Source: Chrysemys picta bellii
Lineage: Eukaryota
NCBI RefSeq assembly: GCF_011386835.1
Contig: NC_088794.1
Location: forward strand, 13,020,001-13,084,000
Direction of reading: 5' to 3'
DNA: 64,000 bases
In this document: piece by piece, positions 57,285 through 64,000 of the stretch
Numbering within the stretch: the stretch's first letter is position 1
Layout of the letters: each line of letters begins with the position of its first letter
Made by a program: the position numbers and the translations under genes
Notes under the pieces: generated by a model
What the model was told of the DNA's origin: nothing
The model's input: the letters and a program-made list of their open reading frames with translations, nothing else
The model's database searches: none

Positions 57285-60200
57285 GTAAAGTCACCTGGGA
57301 CCAAATCTCTGGTGGGAGGCAGGAGGCTTTCTTGGCTGAAGGTTCTAGGTAAATGCCCTGTTGGGGTGTTCCTGGAATGGATAGAGAGGTGCGCTGCAGT
57401 TTGGGCTGGCAGGTCTCAAGCGAAGCAGAGTTGGCACAGGTCAGTATTTCCATGAGAGTCTTCAGGTGACTGCAAGGAGCGGTGTTGCCCTTCCCTCTCG
57501 GTCCAGGTTGAACCATTTCCCTGATGGGCTATGGAGAACTATGCTATTGGAAAGGACTCTTTCTAATGAGATGCAAAATGGAGATCCTGACTGCTTGTCA
57601 TTGAAAAACCCAGGCTGCATCACAAATGTGCAGATTACATATATTTGTAATAGTCTGTAGAGCACCTGGGATTTTTGGATTCAAGTTATAAATGCCAGTA
57701 ACTTTTTCACTCACCAAATCTCCATAAAAATAACTTGTCCTAATAGTGATGGGGAAAGTGTAACTGGTCCTGGTCCTTGTAACCAAAGAACTAATTATCA
57801 TTAATGTATCGAGTACCAACACTGTACTTGGGGGTTAACAAATAAGGAAGGGTCTGGTCTCCGTCCCAGGGAGTGTACAGTCTAGTTCAGACCCAGCCAA
57901 AAGACAATCGGGCCCAGAGAGTGGCTGTAAGTTGGTGCAAGTGGGAGGTGCTATAAGCATCAAGCAGCATTCGTTTCTCAAAGGTTTCATGGAAGCATCC
58001 TTGGAGGAGGGAGCTGAAGGAGGAAGGGAAGCTTGGCTCAGAGGGTGTCTCCCATCTACCTGTCCCCTGTGCTGAGCTCCCATCAGGCTAATGGGTCACA
58101 TACAAGTCTGTTTCCACTGACTGGAGTATTAAGAGAGCAATTTAGCAATGTAATAAGAAAGGGCAACTTGGACTTACCCAGCCTGGGCGGAACAGCTAGC
58201 AACCCCGCTAGATAAAGTTGCTCAACACTTCCGATCTTCAGTGGCTTACAACTTTGCCAAAGTGTAACAATTTGGATTGAAATTTTCAGTGCTGGGCATT
58301 TGCCTCAGGCTGAACTCTGCTTTGGAAAATGTCAAGCAAAAATAGTTATTTCTTAGAACGTTTAGGGAAATGTGTGTTTTGCCCATCTTAAATTTTTAAA
58401 ACCGTTCTGCTGAGAAGCTCTAGCACCATTCTGCATTTGAGCAGGAACTTGAAACTTGGGCAGAGGGCACATTTGTGTCAGGATTGTGCCTTTTACCATC
58501 CCTGTGGCAAAAGAGCCCAAACTGGCTAAATTGTTAAGCCTTTGAAAAATTGCGGTTTGCACATTTATTAGAAACTAAATGGTTTGACGGGTGAATTTGC
58601 TGAAGATTCTGCCTGTACTGAGCATATTCCAGCCTGGAAATGCGGAGGATAAGCAGGACTTTTTCTGCAAATGCTGCTCCCAGCTGACAGGGGCTGCTGG
58701 GGTACTGGGCACCAAATCAGAGAATTTCTAATTTGTTCTCGTTGCTCCCCCTGCTGGCTGCCAGGAAGCATGGAGGAGGAGGAAGAAATAAGTTGGGCAT
58801 TGGGGATGTTGGTAGGAGGATGAGACTAGAGTCTGGAAAGGGTAGTGAACTGGAACATGAACCCATGTCAGGTGGAGGGATTGAGACAGATGGGAGGGGG
58901 CAGAGAGGGTCAGGCTTGTGGGAGGCAAGGGCAGAAGGGTCTCACCATTAGACACGCTGTCCTCCGGAACCTAGATTTGAACCCAGGAGTTGTCTGTGTT
59001 CCTCTGCTGTCAGCAAATAGCTGTGTTAACCCCTTTGGCAAACGGTGTGTCTCGCCTATTGCCTGAACCTCGTACTCAGCCTCGTTCTGTTACCAGTTAC
59101 TCTCTTAACTCAAGTGGTACAGGTCTGTGCTGCGGATCTAAAGATCTGAACCGGACTGATGACCCAAATCAGGTGTCCATATGATTCCACATGATAAAAA
59201 TTCTGGTTTTTAGTCTTTTGGATTTTTTAATTAGGAAATATTCTGTGATAATATAATTAAAGATCATCCCATAATGCATCCGCACAAGGGGTCCAAATTA
59301 AGGTTGCATGGGGAATCTTCATCTGGCATTTCCTAACTTCTGTGTGCCTGACTTCACATTCTTTTAACACTATTTTTTTCATGTAATATAAAATAAGTTT
59401 AGATATGAAACAGGCATTCTCAACCTCAACCACTTGACCTGCAGGTTGTACCCCTTTTTCCTGCTCTCTCTCTGCCGCCTTAGAACATCAAGCTTCTGCT
59501 CCTGCAGAGAGCTCAAGTACCTTTGATTCGGTTATTATTGCCAGTCGTCTGCGGAGACTAGGAGACCAATATAACGAGGATCTGGAGCAGCCTGCCCGGC
59601 GCGTCATTGCTGAGATGGCTAAGGGAAAGGTAATGCACAAGCCCTCTCTTTGTTTAGGCCAGGGTCTGTCCCTCTCCTGCAAGATGCTGTAGAGCCCAGC
59701 ACCTCCTTTCTTAACTGAAGTGCTGTGATGTGAGAGGATGCTTTGTCTTGAGATGGGAGGGGCTGCTCTTGGACGACGGGGGGCGGGAGGGGAATGAAGA
59801 AGGGGAGCTGTCTGAACAGCCCCACCTGTGTTAGCTGACCTGACATGAGCCTGGTCTGAGGTTGGAACTCATCCCAGCCCAGTTTCAATATGAATGCTCG
59901 TGCACCTCTAGCTCTAAGCTCTTTGCAGTCCTCGTTACATTGGAAACTGCCCTTCCTTCTCCCCCAGCACTGTTGTGTGAACTACAGTAGCACTGTACAA
60001 ACACATAATACATATAGTCTCTGCCCTGACGATCTTACAGTCTGACTTTAGATGTACCAAGCAATGCACTGGTCAAAGGGGTCACCTGCCTCAATCATAG
60101 AGCAGAGCAAGCCAGGCCTGGGTAACCCTGTGGGGTTTGAACCAAGACTTATTTTAATGGTGGTATTTTATAAAGCCTCCTCTTGGTGTTTCCAGGTGGA

Positions 60201-61116
60201 GGAATTTGGAGTCATGGTGGATTCTCTCAGCAAGAGTTGGAGCAGCCTGAATCCTGGGCTGGGTTACGAGAGAGCTTTTCTGGCAGTGTCTGTGAAATTG
60301 TTAGCATACCTTTCCCGGAAAGTTCCAGCTGTGGCCCGTCAAATCCAGCTTGTGGAGCTGATTAATGGGAACCGTGAAGTGAGAGGATACATCGAGACCC
60401 GTGGTGGCTGGGTGAGTGCTCAAGGGTCACTGAAATTCTTCTGTTGGCACTTGTGGCTCTGTTCCTTTGCTAGTCTGAACTGGCTACAGTGTGACCCAGT
60501 GTTCTGAGGGCACCATTCATTGGCACGTCCAAGGAGATGTCCTAACCTTGTCAGCCTAGCTGCTCAGCCCTGCAACATGCCATCCTGGGGCATGCCCTGG
60601 CATTGCTGGCCACTGACCCCAAAAACACCAGATTGTTCCCCCTAATAGTCCTACGTTTCAGGTGTTATTGTCAGGTGTTGTTGTCTATCTGAAGCACTGC
60701 TGTGTTAAACGTCTTGGTGAAATCCTGCCTTCACTGAAGTCAATGGTATCCTTCCTATTGACTTCAACAGGATTTCACCGCTCTGTCAGCGCCCTGAGTC
60801 TCTAACATTTCTGCCCTAGATAAGTTCATAAGGAATAAAAGTTAATCATATGTTGCTGTTTCTAGCTCCTAAGGGCTTTACAGACACTTTCTCTCACCCC
60901 CTTGTGGGGGCAGGGCTCCCCATTTTACTGCTGAAGAAACTGAGGCCTGGCAAGATGAAGTGACTTGGCCCAGGCCAGAGGGAAAGTTGGCATGCAAGCT
61001 GGGAGTAGAACTGGTTTCCCTATCCTGCACTTGGGCCATCTCTCTTACTGCTAGTTCCTTTAACCATTGTTTTTAATTCTTTCTTTCAATTCTTTTAGGA
61101 GAACTTTGAAAACTGA
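57152..61116 (+). CDS. BCL2L15: Bcl-2-like protein 15 (Bfk), spliced CDS of 4 exons, 162 aa (170 aa with the upstream exon-2 acceptor)
   Basis: Starts MKSPRTFEEQTECIV; BH3 IASRLRRLGDQYN; YERAFLAVSVKLL; BH2 GGW; ends ENFEN*. Exons 57152-57284, 59508(or 59484)-59629, 60196-60411, 61099-61116. Position next to AP4B1 matches known synteny. Confidence 0.94.
59508..59629 (+). CDS. BCL2L15: BCL2L15 exon 2 (BH3); alternative start 59484; not in the ORF track
   Basis: ESSSTFDSVIIASRLRRLGDQYNEDLEQPARRVIAEMAKGK; cctgcag| and |gtaatg. Confidence 0.9.
60196..60411 (+). CDS. BCL2L15: BCL2L15 exon 3
   Basis: VEEFGVMVDSLSKSW...YERAFLAVSVKLL...IETRGGW; ttccag| and |gtgagt. Confidence 0.93.
60716..60779. repeat. 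Short palindromic MITE
   Basis: GGTGAAATCCTG / CAGGATTTCACC ends; internal TGAAGTCAAT / ATTGACTTCA. Confidence 0.8.
60870..61025 (+). mobile_element. MIR-type CORE-SINE remnant
   Basis: CCCATTTTACTGCTGAAGAAACTGAGGC...AAGTGACTTGGCCCAGG matches the MIR core consensus. Confidence 0.7.
61099..61116 (+). CDS. BCL2L15: BCL2L15 exon 4 coding part
   Basis: ttcttttag|GAG AAC TTT GAA AAC TGA after a long pyrimidine tract. Confidence 0.88.
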   Translation, partial: ENFEN

Positions 61117-62269
61117 TGGAAAAGGCTACGCTGCCTCCCAGGGAGTGAAATGGCAGATTTCAATTACTTGACTTAAACTATTAAACTGTTTTCTGAAAAT
61201 TGTTTTCCCAGCCATCAGTCTTTCTACTTCCCTCTGCCCCGAAGATCAATCCAGTCAGTAATTGGGACACCTTAACACGGAGCTATTCTTCCACACCAGA
61301 TGTGGCTCTCTTGTTCTTGCACTTATTCGTTTACAAATAATTTGTAGGATTGATTTGGTTTCCCTGCAACATAGGCTGTAAATGCAACTTTTAAGTGTGA
61401 GGACTGACAGCGACACTTTTGTTCTGCCAGCTTTGGTGCTGAACTCCTACCCTGTAACGGCGAAGGGAGAGTGAGCCAGAGATGGCTGCCTAGTATCATG
61501 TTGGGAAACAGAACAGCCAAGGAATTGAGTCCTAGCAAGCCAAAAAGGAGGACATTGTGAACAAGAAGAATGCTATTTATAGCAGAGCCCACAGATGTGA
61601 GAACTGGTAGCACTGAACCCTCTTGGCCATCCTACTTCTCTAGCGCTCTAAGAGTTAACAAACTTCTACAATTAGGGGAATTGTCTTCTCTAGCTGGCCA
61701 TGCTCACTGAAAGCCCAGTGAAACCTCCTCCTGCTACCTCTAGGAGTTGGTATTAACAGAAAGAGGCACTCACATACAGTCCCCCAGGAGCTACTGGTAT
61801 ATATGCTCTGTAGTAAAATCAGTTACACCAAATCTGTGTCTTAGCCTGTGCCACATTACACTTGGGTTTGCTGGAGTGACTCCATAAGGATTCAAGGTTT
61901 TACATGATCCTGCAGTTTGCAGAGGGCTCTTTGGGATGCTGCTGTTGAATCAGTTCATTATATGAGTAGGTCAGTGAAACAAGGCCTACATACCATAGAG
62001 GACTCTGTGGGAGAGCCAGCTCAACCTGGAATCTCCCACCCCAAACCATCACTGGGGCGGTCATAGAGAGATGGTTCCACCCCACCAGCGGTCCCCTCAG
62101 AAGCCAGCTGCTGCTACTCAAGGGATCTGTGGGGAGTTATTTGGAATTCCTCTGTAAACCCACTTCCCTCTCCTCCAGACTCCGCTCTGACACCTGTATG
62201 AAATCAGTGGGTCAGTGATGTCTGGGCTGAGAGGCTGATGAGCACGGTGGCCCAACTTAATGTATTTTT

Positions 62270-62275
62270 AATAAA
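62270..62275 (+). terminator. Candidate BCL2L15 polyadenylation signal
   Basis: AATAAA about 1.15 kb after the stop codon. Confidence 0.35.
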
Positions 62276-62348
62276 ATGAGCAAACGAATCTGTATCTATG
62301 CAAACTATATGAATTTGATTGCATCCTTTTCCTCCCATCTGGTCTCAT

Positions 62349-62465
62349 ATTGTAAGCTGTTCAGGGCAGTGACCACATCTCCTATTGTGTGCTTGCACAG
62401 TACCCAACACAAGAGGCTCCAATCCTCTTTTGGGGTCTCTAGGCAATAGGGTAATTATTAAATAC
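62349..62465 (+). mobile_element. L2/MIR-like 3' fragment
   Basis: TTGTAAGCTGTTCAGGGCAG...GTACCCAACACAA...TAATTATTAAATA resembles L2/MIR tails. Confidence 0.5.
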
Positions 62466-64000
62466 TTAATTCCAACCTGGATCTGGGTCTTGTGGGCCCC
62501 TCGGAGTGGAAATCCGGCAGGGTGTGAGCTGGCTTGAGGGAAAGTAGCTGTATTGCTAGTTGATTTAATTAGGGGATTTGTCCTTACAGCCTCTCAAATG
62601 GAAGATGTTTGCAACCTGATTTTTAAATGGAAAAGTGTGTGTCTCTGTTACTAACACACCCTGGATCACTGGAAGGGAAGAATATAAAAATCCAGTTTGT
62701 CATTCTTATGCACTTCATTTGCTATCTGCATTTCTTTCTACTTGGACAATGGCATCAGTTTCACTGGCGTACAGGGGCTTAGTGTGGCCATGTTTGGGTT
62801 TCAAACGCTACAGGTCAGTGTTTGTTTTAAAATGGTGTTTTTTCCCTTAGAATTTTCACACATTTCTGTTGCTCTACAGTTACATGAAGGATTGCTTTTA
62901 CAAAATTTAAATTTGACAGAAATGTCTCTTTTGGGGATAGAGAGGTCTATAGAGAGGCCACTCAGAAAACCAGGCAAGAGTTCTGCAGAAGTACTCTGAA
63001 CTGGATTTGTGACAAAAATCCAATAATTCTGCCATTTTGTTTATTTTTTGCAAGTCTGTAACTAACTCTGAAATCCCCAAAGGCGTTGCTTTGCTGGCTA
63101 TCTATCCAGGGACACTCAGTCTGAGATTTTCACTACTGGTGCAGAATCTTTTGAGTGTCTAGGAAGTTTAGGGGGTTTTGCTCCTCTCATATCTGGTTCC
63201 CAGTTTGAAGTCTTCTCCTTTCTGCCACTGTAGACTCACTCTGGATGTTTGGGTCTTGTCAGCTGGAGAAGTTTCACTAGGAAGTTGTGTAAGATGGAGT
63301 AGTTTGGCATAGTAGGATTTTTTTTTTTTTTAAAGGCTAATGGAGTTGGAGCCCCTTGACCCTGTCTCCTAGCAGTGATGTCTGGTGGAGCAGGACTAGG
63401 TACTCTGGCCTGGATCTGGGGAAGCCTGGCTGGGAAGGGTGGACCCCAAATATACACACAGGCATTATCTCCGTCTAGGAACCTTATGTAGGTTTCAGAT
63501 TAATGTGATGAACGCACAAGCTACCTGAACCTGTTTTGTGTGCACAGCATCTGTCAAATGCATTTTTAGAACATAGAGTGTAGCCCACATGCAAAAGAGA
63601 GAGTTATAAATGTGACTGGAAACTGGATTTTGCATATTGTCTTTGTTGCTAGAACAGTCTGTGTATTCGGAGTTTATCAAGACATTGCTTCCTGTATGCT
63701 GAATGGTGTACAGAGAAGTGTGGTCTTTTGGGTGACCTAGTGTGCTGGAGGTGTCAAGATGTTCTACTGATAACAGGTCCAGATGACCGCACTCTCCTGT
63801 GCTAGGGGGTAGGCAATATCGCAATGCAGGTGATGGCCTGGAAATTAGACTTCACCAAAGCCCATGCGAGTCTCTCTGACCTTCTCTTGGTGGGATAATG
63901 GAGGGGGACACTTCAAAGATTCTGGAAATGAAGTCTTAAAAATAAAATATTTCAGTTTGTTTTAATCTTAAAACCAAAGGATATTTTTATTGTAATGTGC

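Noticed and set aside
62500-64000. Start of PTPN22, the expected next gene by synteny
   Set aside because: No recognisable PTPN22 coding exon in the window; ORF 63495-63824 matches nothing I recognise.

Overview
Vertebrate genomic DNA, most likely a turtle. That assignment is inferred from the repeat content: a tRNA-head/CR1-tail SINE, Penelope-like elements, hAT/Harbinger/Tc1-mariner MITEs and solo LTRs. The window carries the conserved block HIPK1(-), DCLRE1B/Apollo(-), AP4B1(+), BCL2L15(+). I traced all four genes exon by exon using GT-AG boundaries and reading-frame continuity. HIPK1 has 14 coding exons in the window (1050 codons), and its terminal exon lies off the left edge. DCLRE1B is 568 aa, AP4B1 is 741 aa and BCL2L15 is 162 or 170 aa. 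DCLRE1B and AP4B1 share a compact bidirectional CpG-island promoter. The most unusual signals are: (1) four minimal hammerhead-ribozyme motifs from three Penelope-type insertions within 640 nt of HIPK1 intron 2, including an 83-bp-arm palindrome, all truncated or inverted at the ribozyme 5' edge; (2) a candidate spliced 106-aa ORF running divergently from the HIPK1 promoter; (3) second splice donors in HIPK1 and AP4B1 that would introduce premature stops; (4) a HIPK1 exon-2 circle that would encode a 397-aa truncated kinase. Most long ORFs in the supplied track outside the exons are artefacts of GC-rich repeats. Exon numbers follow the human models from memory, and no database searches were run.
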